DNA of 64,000 nucleotides from an uncultured Clostridia bacterium (GTDB lineage Bacteria; Bacillota; Clostridia; TANB77; CAG-508): NCBI GenBank assembly GCA_944387565.1, contig CALXFJ010000005.1, positions 1,333 to 65,332 of the forward strand, read 5' to 3'. Shown piece by piece: positions 10,147 to 21,800 of this stretch (position 1 is its first letter; each line of letters starts with the position of its first letter). The notes under the pieces were generated by a model. It saw only the letters and a program-made list of their open reading frames with translations, ran no database searches and was not told where the DNA came from. The position numbers and the translations under genes were made by a program.

Positions 10147-11221
10147 TTGACCAAAGGAAAACATGCTCGTCCTGGTTATTATGCAAAACCAAAGTTTAAG
10201 AAATCAATTTTATTTGTTTTATTTTCATTAATTATTCTTTGCTTTATTTTAAGTTTCTTAAATCCAGTTGAAAGCTTAGAAAATAAAATGGCTTCAACTA
10301 CTAAAGAATCTGAAAATAATTCTTCTGATAGTATTAATACTGCTAATGTTACTGAAACAGCTGCTGAAGTAAAACCCGTAGTAATAGAGCCTTCAGAAGA
10401 TGCTGATTTAAAAATATTGATTGATTCAGAAGCAGAAAAATATGATTTAACAGATAGTAATTTTTCATTTTTTTATTATAATATAGATGATAAGAAATAT
10501 TATTTTTATAATGAAGATGCATATTTTACAGCGGCAAGTACTATTAAAGTTCCAATTGCAATGTATTATTATGATGAAATAAATTCAGGCAATTTATCTT
10601 CTGACTCAAAGTTATTATATGCAAGTGGTTGCTATGAAGCAGGTCGGAGGGTCTACAGCTTCTCTATATTCTGTAGGAGATTATGTTCCTCTTAACTTTT
10701 TACTAGAACAATCAATTGTTAATAGTGATAATACAGCTGTTAACATTTTAATAAAAAATTTAGGATATTCTAATGCAAGACATGATATTACAAAATATAC
10801 AGATGAAGTCGTTCCTGATGATTTTTACAAAAACAATATCACTTCCGCTGCATATGGTTATGATGTAATTAATTATTTATATGAACATCAAGATTCTTAC
10901 ACAAAATTAATTGAAGATATGAAGAAGTCTTCTATGGGATTATATTTAAAAAAATATATTAAAGACTATGACGTTGCTCACAAATATGGTAGTTATAGTG
11001 GTTATGTCCATGATTATGGAATTGTATTCGGTAAAAAAACTTATTTAGTTGGTATTTTTACTAAAAATATTACAGATAGTGATGAAGTTATTGCAAATAT
11101 AAGTTTAGATATTTTAAATTATACATTAGGAAATTTAGATGTTAGTACACTTGTTCCTCAAGACAAAACAAATTCTCAGAACAGTGCAACTAATACATCT
11201 GAAAATACAACAACAGAGTAG
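10147..11221 (+). CDS. Secreted/anchored class A beta-lactamase-like serine hydrolase, frame-interrupted at CGG 10645-10647
   Basis: Two overlapping ORFs (10147-10695, 10619-11221). S-x-x-K (ASTIK) lies in the first; SDN (VNSDNT) and K/H-x-G (HKYGS) lie in the second. TTG start. The frame is restored by skipping one nt at GGT-CGG-A. Confidence 0.8.
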
Positions 11222-11241
11222 CTTAAGGAATAAGCTACTCT

Positions 11242-11799
11242 TTAAAGTCTTATATATTTTATACTAGATAGAACAAAATCAATTATCAATACAGAAGCTA
11301 ATGTATATATTATCATTCTTTGTATAGGGAACGCTATTCTTTCAAGCAATTTCTCTGTTTTTCTCTTAATAAAAGGATGTAAAAAATTAGAAAATATTAC
11401 TCCTGCTATTCCCCAAACAATAGAAAAACTTAAGCAAATTCTTCCTTGTATGTTAAACATTGCATCAGAATAGTCCCACCATCTTAAATGGAAAACCATT
11501 TCTAAAATCCAAGAGGCTGCAAATTCAAATATAGAAAATACTATCATTGATATAAGGAACTTTTTCATATTATGCCCTTTTAACCCATCAAAAATAAGTA
11601 TAAAAATTACAGCCCCAAATCCATAAATTGGACAAATTGGTCCAAATAAAAAACCTCTTTTTACAAAATGTCCTAAAACTAAAAAGCCATAAAAAGTCTC
11701 TAAAGCCCATCCTATAAATGAATATATTAAAAAATACAATACTAATTTTTCTTTTGTGGATAATTTTTTATATTCAACAAGTGCTAAACTTTCTTCCAA
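11242..11799 (-). CDS. Polytopic membrane protein, 'putative ABC-transporter type IV' (PF06541-like)
   Basis: 185 aa. YFLIYSFIGWALETFY N-terminal motif and 5-6 TM helices. Confidence 0.55.
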   Translation of the reverse strand: MEESLALVEYKKLSTKEKLVLYFLIYSFIGWALETFYGFLVLGHFVKRGFLFGPICPIYGFGAVIFILIFDGLKGHNMKKFLISMIVFSIFEFAASWILEMVFHLRWWDYSDAMFNIQGRICLSFSIVWGIAGVIFSNFLHPFIKRKTEKLLERIAFPIQRMIIYTLASVLIIDFVLSSIKYIRL

Positions 11800-11811
11800 A
11801 ACCTCTCCCCC

Positions 11812-12177
11812 TTAAAAAGCTATTTCAATTATCCATGTTATTATTTTAATTATGATACTTGTTTGTGCAATTCCTGCTAAGTTTCCAGTTATAAATCTAC
11901 GTATATTAGTTGATTCTTTTATTTTTTTATATTGTATATACCAGTCTAGAAACATTATTAGTAAAAATATTATATCCAAATATATTGGAATTCTAACACC
12001 AAAAACATATAAAATAATTCCAATTATTTGTCCTATTAAAATTCCTGTACATCTGCTACATATAGGAAACTGCCATCCTTTAATAAAAAAACTTCTATCC
12101 TCTCTTTGATGACATCCACATCTATTTCCTAATCTCATTAGAGATGCCCATGTTTTTATCTTAGTACTTTTCTTCAT
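11812..12177 (-). CDS. DUF2085 family membrane protein
   Basis: 121 aa. CHQREDRSFFIKGWQFPICSRCTG signature. Confidence 0.7.
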   Translation of the reverse strand: MKKSTKIKTWASLMRLGNRCGCHQREDRSFFIKGWQFPICSRCTGILIGQIIGIILYVFGVRIPIYLDIIFLLIMFLDWYIQYKKIKESTNIRRFITGNLAGIAQTSIIIKIITWIIEIAF

Positions 12178-12383
12178 TAGAAACGATTACCACAATCATT
12201 ACAAATATTAGTTGTTCTGCTTTCTGTTGTTGTATCTCCAGTATCACATAAGCCACACAAAACTCCTGGCCAACCAAAAAGTAAATATCCACAACAAGCA
12301 TTTCCTCCATCAAAACCTTTTGTATGTGTTTTTGTATCTATAATACTAGAAATATTTTCACTTCCACATTTTGGACATCTCAT
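12177..12383 (-). CDS. Small zinc-ribbon protein with hydrophobic Cys-rich centre
   Basis: 68 aa. MRCPKCGS...CNDCGNRF (two CxxC pairs). Its stop overlaps the start of the DUF2085 gene. Confidence 0.5.
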   Translation of the reverse strand: MRCPKCGSENISSIIDTKTHTKGFDGGNACCGYLLFGWPGVLCGLCDTGDTTTESRTTNICNDCGNRF

Positions 12384-12601
12384 AAGTATTTCTTCCTTTC
12401 CTTTTTTATGGTAATATTATACCATATGCCTCTAAGATAAACAATTAAGAAATTATTAAATTTATTTTCCAAACTCTAAATTATTTATTAATAAATTAGG
12501 TTTATTATTAATTATCTTTTAAAAGTAAACAGACCCCTTATTTAAGAGGTCTGTTTACTTATTCATCATAGTTTCTTCATTACTATTTTGAACCATTTGT
12601 A

Positions 12602-13234
12602 TCAGTAATTTGTAACTACAGTATTCAGAATAACAACAGGTCTAATAGGATAACTATCTATATCTCTATATTCTTCATTATTTGGTCTAACTTTATTTAA
12701 GATAGCACCTCTTTTATTTTTTCGATTATCATCCCTATGATATTGCAATTCGCTATACATAATCTTCCCTTCTGAAACATATTTCACTCCAGAACTATTT
12801 GTGCGTATTTCAGTAGAAGCTAACCAATACTCAGAATCTTCTTCTAATTCATAATGAAATAAATCCAAATCTGATTTTCTTATACTCCTAACTGCATATA
12901 TACCTGTCTGGCTTATAAGTTTTTCACATATCTCATTTAGAATATCTATTCCATTAATATATCCTTCTTTTCCCTCAAGGAATAAATTATTTGTACTTGG
13001 CTCTAATAAATATGTAGGGTGCCAATATCCGCTAATTGCTTCTGTTAAACCTATTAATACACCTGAAATCTCCTTTGAAAAAATATTACTTTCGAATATT
13101 TGCTCTTTAAATTTTCTTGGTGTAAATGTATATCCACTTTTCTCGCCTGGTATTACAATACATCTGTTTCCAGGGTTAGGAACTATGATGTTTTTTTGTA
13201 CTTCACCACTAGTAGTAAATTGTTTGGTTTTCAT
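12602..13234 (-). CDS. Hypothetical protein (no family recognised)
   Basis: 210-aa ORF with GGA-rich SD (aatgaaaggac) upstream. A hairpin terminator lies at ~12525-12560. Confidence 0.5.
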   Translation of the reverse strand: MKTKQFTTSGEVQKNIIVPNPGNRCIVIPGEKSGYTFTPRKFKEQIFESNIFSKEISGVLIGLTEAISGYWHPTYLLEPSTNNLFLEGKEGYINGIDILNEICEKLISQTGIYAVRSIRKSDLDLFHYELEEDSEYWLASTEIRTNSSGVKYVSEGKIMYSELQYHRDDNRKNKRGAILNKVRPNNEEYRDIDSYPIRPVVILNTVVTNY

Positions 13235-13329
13235 TTTTGTCCTTTCATTTATGGTGAATTTCTATAACAGCTTTTGCTGTGTATATATATTTTATCACTT
13301 TTTACATAAAATAGCAATTTTTAAAATCC

Positions 13330-14019
13330 TTAATTAGATATTTTATTTGCTTCTTCTTGAGTTAAATATCCATATTTTATCATTTTATCTAATACTTGCT
13401 TTTGTCTTTCTTTAGCAAGCTCTGGATTTTTTGTTGGAGAATAATTAGAAGGGCTATTAGGTATTCCTGCAAGCATTGTAGATTCATAATCATTTAATTC
13501 TTCTGGCTCTTTATTAAAATACCCTAGACTTGCCTCTCTTACATTATTATATCCATCTCCAAAATAACTAGTATTTACATATAACTCTAAAATTTCATCT
13601 TTAGTATAGCTTCTTTCAATATCAAACGCCATAAATACTTCTGCAATTTTTCTTATAAAACTTTTTTCTTGAGTAAAATAAATATTCTTAGCTAATTGTT
13701 GCGTTATTGTACTTCCACCTTCTACTAATTTCATTTGTTTTATGTCATTAATAAAAGCTCTTCCTATTGCTATTACATCTATTCCAGGATGATTATAAAA
13801 CCTATGGTCCTCTACAGCAACAACAGCATTTAAATAAATTTTAGGTAATTTATCAATTGTTGTATAATTATCATTTGATTTTATTTCTTCTATTTTTTGT
13901 AAAAGAGGCTTATTCTCTAATGCCTCTTTGTACATATCATATCCATTTCCTATTACAAATACCCCAATACTTATACTAAATATCAATATTACAATTATTA
14001 TTTTAAAAAGTATTTTCAT
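13330..14019 (-). CDS. mtgA: Monofunctional peptidoglycan glycosyltransferase (GT51)
   Basis: AVVAVEDHRFYNHPGID and GGSTITQQLAKN motifs, with an N-terminal TM anchor. ATG 14019 (Met4 of the ORF) follows the SD AGGTGA. Confidence 0.85.
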   Translation of the reverse strand: MKILFKIIIVILIFSISIGVFVIGNGYDMYKEALENKPLLQKIEEIKSNDNYTTIDKLPKIYLNAVVAVEDHRFYNHPGIDVIAIGRAFINDIKQMKLVEGGSTITQQLAKNIYFTQEKSFIRKIAEVFMAFDIERSYTKDEILELYVNTSYFGDGYNNVREASLGYFNKEPEELNDYESTMLAGIPNSPSNYSPTKNPELAKERQKQVLDKMIKYGYLTQEEANKISN

Positions 14020-14066
14020 AAGTATCACCTACTTTTGTCCCTTTAGGAAACGTCCCCAGTGGGACA

Positions 14067-16161
14067 TTATTCTTCTTTTATTATGTTTTTACTTCCAATA
14101 TATGTTGCTAAGAAATATAAGCCGTAAACTGCTCCCATAACGATTACTGTTGCTATTATTGATGGCAATAATTCTTCACTACTTGCTAATACTGACATAA
14201 GTGTCATTACAAATTGAATTCCAAATATTGAGTGTATTATTGCAAGTATAAGTGGGAATATAAAGAATAATCCTATTTGTTTAAATAATGCTTTATTTAT
14301 TATTTTTTCATCTGCTCCTAACTTTCTAAGGATATTATATCTTTCTTTATTATCTGAACTTTCTGTTAATTGTTTTAATGCAAGGATTGCTGAACTTACA
14401 ATTAAGAATATTATTCCTAAGTATATTGAAATAAATACTACCATTGTTGCTACTCCAACACTTGATTCTATTATTGATATTTTGGTCATACCATCAAAGT
14501 CTAATCCTTTTGCTAGTATATTTTTATATAGTTCAGAATTACTCTCATCTGTAAATGCTTTTTCTATATTTTCTTTTTCTTCTTCTGTGTCTGCATTATA
14601 GTTTGCTGCTAAAAATGTTCTTTCCTTTTCAGAATCTGTAAATTCTACACTATCTGGAACTAATATTATTCCTGTGTTTATATGGCTTGATGACATATCT
14701 ATAAAGCCTTCTTGACATTCGTCATATTTTGCTTTATATTCTTTTCCTTTTAAAGTAATAATATCATTTTCTTTTAAAGCTTGGTCTCTTAAAGTTTTCA
14801 TACTATCAAAGTCGCAAAGTACTATAAACTGATTATCTTCTAATGAATATTCTTGGTTCCCATATAATCTTGCTATTTTATTATAATCTGATACTTTTAT
14901 TATTTCTTCTGGAGCATCATATCTAAGTTGTGGAAATTGCATTTTTACCATTTCTTCTATTCCTTTTAACAAATCTTCCATAGTTAATTCAGAACTTGCA
15001 TATATTGGAATTTCTACCGTATCTTTAAAGTTATTCATATCAAATCCATTTTCTATTAATGTTTGCTCCATACTCACTTTAGAATCTTCTATCTGTTCTT
15101 CTGTATAATATTCCGTTTTTCCTGTGTATGGGTTTTGATAACTTTCTGGTAAGTTTGCTGTTTTATAAAGATTGATATCTACTGGTGTCATTTCTTGCAT
15201 ATCTCTTCTCATTGTGCTATTTAATGATAATGATGATGAAAGAACTGATATTGTCATAAATAACATTAAACATATAAGAGACATACTAATTACTGTAGTG
15301 TTTATTTTGTTATTTAATTGTCTTAATACAAACATGTTGACATCTTTTAAATATATCTTTTTTATACTTTGAACTACTTTTAATATAAATCCTGATAATG
15401 ACCAAAATACAAGTATTGTTGATATTATTCCAAGTAATATAATTGGTAATATTTGATTTGCCGTTGTCATTGTGTTTACACCTATTGTTACTTTATAGTA
15501 ACAATATACAAGTATTGCTACTGCTATTAAAAATATTATTACACAAACTACAGGATTTTTTATTTTTACTTCTTCATTCTTTTTAGTAGCTGTAAGTAAA
15601 TTTATTAATTTATATTTAGATACTGTTATTGTATTAAATATCATTACCGCTATAAACATTACTGCAAAATATATACATGTTTTTATACAAGCACCTTTAG
15701 AAAATACAAATGTAAAATTACTCATATCTGCTTCAAATAACTTGCCAACTAGTATTGACATGAATTGCGAACCAAATACTCCTACTACTAATCCAATGAC
15801 TAATGAGATTATTCCAACAAATGCTGTTTCTAATAATATTATTTTAGAAATTTGGCTCTTTCCGCATCCCTAATATCATATATATACCAAATTCTTTTTT
15901 TCTTCTATTTATTAAGAAATTGTTTGCATATACAATTAGTAATCCTAGTATTACAGCTACAAATACAGATACCATTCCCATCATTTGAATCATAAGCTGA
16001 ATTAGGTCTTTTGTAGAATTAGATACTTGCATCATAGCTTCTTGGCTATCTAATGAATTAAACATGTAAAATATTGCAACACCTAATACTAATGTCAAGA
16101 AATATATTGCAAAGTCTTTTATACTTTTTTTCATATTTCTAAAAGATAATTTAAATAACAT
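14067..16161 (-). CDS. BceB-type ABC permease (FtsX domains, ~670 aa), frame-interrupted at CGG 15862-15864
   Basis: The 105-aa ORF (15844-16161) and 564-aa ORF (14067-15761) are two parts of one permease. The +1 frame from the CGG reads ..KSQISKIILLETAFVGIISLVIGLVVGVFGSQFMSILVGK and joins the long ORF. 11-nt overlap with the ATPase gene. Confidence 0.8.
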
Positions 16162-16918
16162 CGTTCAAATCACCTCCAAGAAGTGTTTGAACTTCTATTA
16201 TTTTTTCAAAGAATTGTTTTCTTGTGTCATTTCCTTTTACTATTTCATTAAAGATTTTTCCATCTCTTATAAAAATAATTCTATTAGCATAACTAGCAGA
16301 AAAAGCATCATGAGTTACAACTAATAAAGTAGCATTTAATGTTTTATTTAAATATTCAAAAGTTTCCAGTAATTGTCTAGCTGATTTACTATCTAATGCT
16401 CCTGTTGGTTCATCTGCTAAAATCATTTTAGGATTTGTTATTATTGCTCTTGATGATGCTACTCTTTGTTTTTGTCCTCCTGATATTTGATATGGGTATT
16501 TTTTTAATATGTCTTTTATCCCTAATTTTTCAGCTATATCTTTTACTCTTTTATCAATTTCTCTAGGTTTTACTCTTTGTATTGTTAGTGCTAATGCTAT
16601 ATTTTCATAACATGTTAAAGTATCTAACAAATTAAAATCTTGAAAAATAAAACCTAATTCTTCTCTTCTAAATTTGTTTAAGCTATTTCCTCTTAATGTT
16701 GTTATATCTTCTCCATTTATAATTATTTTTCCTGATGTTACTTTATCTATTGTAGAAATACAATTTAATAAAGTTGTTTTTCCGCTTCCTGATGCTCCCA
16801 TTATTCCTACAAATTCTCCTTTTTCTACATCAAAGCTTATATTGTCTATTGCTTTTGTTAAATTTGATTTATTTCCATAGTATTTTTCTATGTTCTTAAC
16901 TTCTAATATCTTTTCCAT
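16151..16918 (-). CDS. BceA-type ABC transporter ATP-binding protein
   Basis: Walker A GASGSGKTT, signature LSGGQKQR, Walker B ILADEPTGALD. Confidence 0.9.
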   Translation of the reverse strand: MEKILEVKNIEKYYGNKSNLTKAIDNISFDVEKGEFVGIMGASGSGKTTLLNCISTIDKVTSGKIIINGEDITTLRGNSLNKFRREELGFIFQDFNLLDTLTCYENIALALTIQRVKPREIDKRVKDIAEKLGIKDILKKYPYQISGGQKQRVASSRAIITNPKMILADEPTGALDSKSARQLLETFEYLNKTLNATLLVVTHDAFSASYANRIIFIRDGKIFNEIVKGNDTRKQFFEKIIEVQTLLGGDLNDVI

Positions 16919-17085
16919 AAAAGTACTCCTTCCTTATTTCTTGTTAATTCTATTATAGTTTCTTTTCTATTTTAATTCCATAGATTTTGCTTACATTTAC
17001 CTTTCATTTTCGTAATATTATAAAAAGTCTAAATATTAAGGCACTATCCTTAATTTTTAGACTTTTATATTATATATTATCTTCA

Positions 17086-18105
17086 TTAATTCATTGCATT
17101 AAAACTATTTTGTGGAAATATCAACTTTATTTCTGTTCCTACATTTTCTTCTGAATCTAACTCAATTGCCAAGCCTAATTTATCACATAATTTTTTACAT
17201 AAATATAAACCAATTCCTGTTGATTTCTTATTTAAGATTCTTCCATTTGAACCTGTAAATCCTTTTTCAAATACTCTTGTTATTTCTCCTTTTCTTATTC
17301 CTATTCCATTATCTTTAATATATAAAATAATATTATCTTTTTGCTTTTTAGCAAAGATTTCAATTTGAAGATTTTCATTATCTTTTTTATATTTAATACT
17401 ATTATGTATTATTTGATTTAAAATAAATATAACCCATTTACTGTCTGTTCCAACTTCTAGATTAGTATCATGTATATTTAATTGTATTTTTCCTTGTATA
17501 AATTCATTTTTATTTTTCATAATTACACTATTTACTATTTTTTCTAAGTTCGTTTTCTTTATTATATAATCTTTTTCTACTGCATTGCTTCTAGCATAAA
17601 ATAATGCTTGCTCTGTATAATCCTCAATTTTATCTATCTCTTCATCAATACTTTTAGTCACATCTGTCTTGTTATTCTCTATAATCATTTTACTAGCTGC
17701 AATAGGTAGTTTTATTTCATGAATCCAAAGTTCTATATATTCTTTATAATCTTCAGTTAAAAATTTAAATTCATTTACATGTTCTGTCATAGATTTTGAT
17801 GCTTCTTTTAATATTTCTTTTAATAGTTTGCCATCTAAAAAATCTGGATTCCCTACCATCTCTGATATTAGATATTTTTTATCAAGTTCATCTAAAGTAT
17901 TAAATATTCTTTTATAAAAAGCTTTTCGTTTATAATATGAAATACTGATTCCTATTATATATGCAAGTAAAACAGAAATTAATATATATACTCTAAGTAA
18001 TATAGAAATATCATAAATCATAAGGAATATTTCTATTGTAATTATTACAAATATAATCAATAATAATGTTGTTATATTATCTTTTAAATAACTTTTAAAA
18101 CTCAT
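17086..18105 (-). CDS. BceS-type intramembrane-sensing histidine kinase
   Basis: Two N-terminal TM helices with a minimal loop. H-box EIKLPIAAS. HATPase N/G boxes (NSIKY, DNGIGI, GTGIGL). Confidence 0.85.
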   Translation of the reverse strand: MSFKSYLKDNITTLLLIIFVIITIEIFLMIYDISILLRVYILISVLLAYIIGISISYYKRKAFYKRIFNTLDELDKKYLISEMVGNPDFLDGKLLKEILKEASKSMTEHVNEFKFLTEDYKEYIELWIHEIKLPIAASKMIIENNKTDVTKSIDEEIDKIEDYTEQALFYARSNAVEKDYIIKKTNLEKIVNSVIMKNKNEFIQGKIQLNIHDTNLEVGTDSKWVIFILNQIIHNSIKYKKDNENLQIEIFAKKQKDNIILYIKDNGIGIRKGEITRVFEKGFTGSNGRILNKKSTGIGLYLCKKLCDKLGLAIELDSEENVGTEIKLIFPQNSFNAMN

Positions 18106-18117
18106 TTTAACCTCTTT

Positions 18118-18789
18118 CTAAACTAATATATATCCTTGTCCTCTTTTTGTTTCTATTAACTCCTTTAAACCAAGTTCATCTAATTTATTTCTTAGTCTTG
18201 TCATATTTACTGTTAATGTATTATCATCAATAAAGCTTTCACTATCCCATAAATATCCCATAATTTCTTCTCTAGATACAATCTTTCCTCTTCTTTGTAC
18301 TAAAAAATGTAATATTTTTAATTCGTTTTTTGTAAGTTCTATTTTTTTATCATCTTTTTCTATTAAGCTTTTTGATATATTTAATATAAATTCATGGCAA
18401 TCTATTTTATTAGCTCCATTTCCTAAAACCGAACTTCTTCTTAAAACTGAATTTATTTTTGCAAGTAAGATTTGTATATTAAATGGTTTTGTTACATAGT
18501 GGTCTGCTCCATAATTTATACTAAGAAGCTCATCCATTTCGTTATCTCTACTAGTTATAATTATGATTGGAACTTCTGATACTCTTCTTATTTCTCTTAA
18601 TACATATTCTCCATCAAAACCAGGAAGATTTATATCTAATAATAATAAATCTACTTTTCTATTTAAAATATCTTCTATTGTATTTGAAAAATCTTCTAAA
18701 GATTCTGCCTTATATCCATTTTTATTTAAGAATATTTCTAATTCTTCTCTTAATTTTTTATCATCTTCTACAATTAATATTTTATGCAT
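18118..18789 (-). CDS. OmpR-family response regulator (BceR-like)
   Basis: Start at ATG 18789 (MHKILIVEDD; GGAGG upstream). Receiver DLLLLDINLPG, with winged-helix C-terminus RGQGYIL. Confidence 0.9.
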   Translation of the reverse strand: MHKILIVEDDKKLREELEIFLNKNGYKAESLEDFSNTIEDILNRKVDLLLLDINLPGFDGEYVLREIRRVSEVPIIIITSRDNEMDELLSINYGADHYVTKPFNIQILLAKINSVLRRSSVLGNGANKIDCHEFILNISKSLIEKDDKKIELTKNELKILHFLVQRRGKIVSREEIMGYLWDSESFIDDNTLTVNMTRLRNKLDELGLKELIETKRGQGYILV

Positions 18790-18896
18790 AAAGTACCTCC
18801 TAAATTTTAAGATATTTATTTTATACCATTTTTTTGTGTCTTTAGCAATAGAAAAAATCAGCAAAAGAGTTAAATATCTTTGCTGATTTCTTTTTC

Positions 18897-21800
18897 TTAT
18901 AATTTTCTATATTTTCTGTATTTTATATAAGTAAATATAGCTATTATTCCTAATGCTATTATTGCAATTATTATAGCATTTCCAATTCCTGCATATGGTA
19001 ACTTTGTAGATGCCATATTACTATTTGAAGAATTATAATTGTTTGTACTTATACTACCACTGTTGTTGTTATTACTGTTATTATCCACATTACCACTTGG
19101 TATATTTACATTATTTTGATTATTATTAACTGAATTATTAGTATTAGTATTTGTATTTACATTTGTATTTGTATTATTTTCATTATCTGTATTAGTGTTT
19201 GTTCCTGTGTTTGTATTGGTATTTGTGTCATTTTCTGTATTAGTGTTTGTATTTGTGTTATTTGTTGTATTGTCTTCTGGCTCTTCAATATCTATTGTAA
19301 AACTTACTTGTGTTCTATTTCCAGCTTCATCTACTGCTGTTAAAACATAATTTCCATTTTCTCTAATTTGTGTTCCATTTGTGTAATTTTCTACAACATT
19401 ACCATTTCTCGTTAATGTTACTTCTGCTAGATTTTCATCTGTTACTTGTGGTGTCACATAATTTTTATATGTTCTTCCGTTTTCCACTCCTGAGATTGTT
19501 GGTGGAGTTGTATCACCTGGCTCTGGTTCAGGTTCATTTTCTTCTATTTCTGTTATTGTAACTGTTTTAACAGTCTTGTTTCCTGCTTCATCTTCACTAT
19601 ATATTGTATATGTTCCATTTTCAGTTATATTTGCAACTGATGTAGCTGTTTTATTTCCTTTTTCCATATTAAGTTCTGTTCCGTCATTTTTAAAGTATGA
19701 AACATCTCTATCTCCATTTGCCATCTTAACTATTTTTATTTGTGATTCTGTATCTACTACATTTATCGTTAAATTTACAGATTTATCATCTTGTAAAACT
19801 TTCTTTTCTAAATTAATAGTAGGTGCTGTTGTATCTGGCTTAGGTTCTGGTTCTTCTTCATCTTCAATTGTTGTTACTTCAAATGTTTGAACATTACTAT
19901 TTCCTGCTAAATCTTTTACATAAGTTGTATATATTCCATTTTTAGTTACATTAATTTTTCCTGTAGCTGAAATACCATTCTTTATTATATTAATTTGTTG
20001 TCCACCATTTTCAAAATAACTTTCATTTTGATTACCATTTGCTACTTTTAATATATCTACTCCTGATAAATTATCTGTTAAATCTATTGTTACTGCTACA
20101 TTTTTACTATCTGTATTTTCTTTTGTTATTTTTACTTCTGGTGCTGTAAAATCAATTGTAAATCTTACTTCTGTTTCATTTTCTGACTTATCTTTCGCTG
20201 TTAATACATAACTTCCTTCTTCTGAAATGGTATCACCATTTTGATAATTGTTTACAACTGTTCCATTTCTTGTTAATGTTACACTTGATAAGTTTTCATC
20301 TGTGGCATTTGGAGTTACAGGATTTTTATATATTCCATTATCCATTACACCATTTATTACAGGTAAAGTAGTATCTGGCTTTTCTACTTCATCTATACTT
20401 AATATATTTATTTCTTTTACTGTACTTGTTCCTTCTTCATCTTCTGCAAATACTGTATATGTACCTATACTATCTATCATAAATTGTGTTTCAACTATTC
20501 TTCCTAAGTTTTCTCCACCTATTGTAGTTCCATTGCTTTTAAAATAATTTATATCATGGCTTCCTTTAGCCCATTTTACTGCATCTATATATGAATCAAT
20601 ATCACTTACTACTACATCTATTTGTCTTAGGTTTGTTTGGTTTTGTGATAGCTTTGTTATCTGTGGTGGCTCATTTGGTTGTGGTTCATCTATACCTATT
20701 ATATGTGCACTTAACATATATCTGTACCCATCTTCATCTTCTAGATATACATTTAGAACACAATTTTCGTTTACAGTATAATTTGCTGTTACTTCTTTTC
20801 CAGGTGTTATTGCTAAACTTTCACCACCATCTTTGAAATAATCTACATTTATATTTTCGCCAATAGCTACTTTCATTTTTACTATATTACTTAAAGTACT
20901 TGTTCCTGTTATTGTTAAATTTCCCGGATTATTTTCATCTTGTGATATATCTACTTTTAATGGTTTTTCTTCTGAAGAAACCACTCTTTTATTTATCATT
21001 CTTCTATATCCTGCTTCATCTTCTACAAAGAAAGTATATGTTCCATCTTCTGTTAGTGTATAATTTACATTTACCTCTTTTCCTTTACTAAAGTCAATAT
21101 TGTTTCCTTTTGTTTCAAAGTCATCAAAATCTGATATTTCAGAAGCTTTTGCAACTTTTATTGTTGCAATATTACATATTTTATCTGTCACTTTTAAATT
21201 GACTTCTCTATTTTCCAAGTCTGTGATTTCTATATCTATTGGTGTCTTACTTTGTGATAAATATATTTGCCTTGTTATATTTGCTCCATTTTCATCTTTT
21301 GCATATATTTCATATAATCCTTCTTCACTTACTTCATATACTAAATTTACATTATTGCTTTGTACAAAGTCTATGTTTGTTCCTTCTTTATCAAAATCTA
21401 CTACTTCATTTATATCATTTATTTTAGCAATTTTTAGAGTTGAAATTATACTACTTTGACTTGTTACTTGAATTGTTATAGAAAGTGGATTTGATTCATC
21501 TTGAATTAATGTTAAATCTGGTATTTGTCCTGGGTCATATACTGTAATTCTACTTAAATACCTATCTCCTCTTGAGTTTTTTGCATATACTGTATATGTT
21601 CCATATCCATCTAATTCAAATGTTTCTGAAATATTTTGTGATGGTGTTATTAAAAATGTATATACATCATTATTATTTTCTTCAAAATAACTTATATTAT
21701 CTTTATCAATATCTTTATGCACATATTTTAAATCTACTATATTATACTGTGTATCTGTTGCTGTTATATTTATTGTATTTCCTTCTCTTTCTAAATTAAC

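Noticed and set aside
12177-12383. Cys-rich 68-aa ORF as a RiPP/bacteriocin precursor.
   Set aside because: It has two CxxC zinc-ribbon pairs at the termini and a hydrophobic centre. It is translationally coupled to a DUF2085 membrane protein, and no modification or export genes are nearby.
16919-17085. Possible BceR-binding inverted repeat upstream of the bceA-like gene.
   Set aside because: Only a terminator-like hairpin (AAAAGTCTAAA..TTTAGACTTTT) is clear. I could not identify a convincing TNACA-N4-TGTNA-type box.
19020-19270. Short tandem repeats (gtatttgt/gtattagt units) that could be a minisatellite or CRISPR-like array.
   Set aside because: The units are 6-12 nt with no unique spacers. 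The region is in frame inside the surface-protein gene, where it encodes the TN/NN low-complexity stalk.
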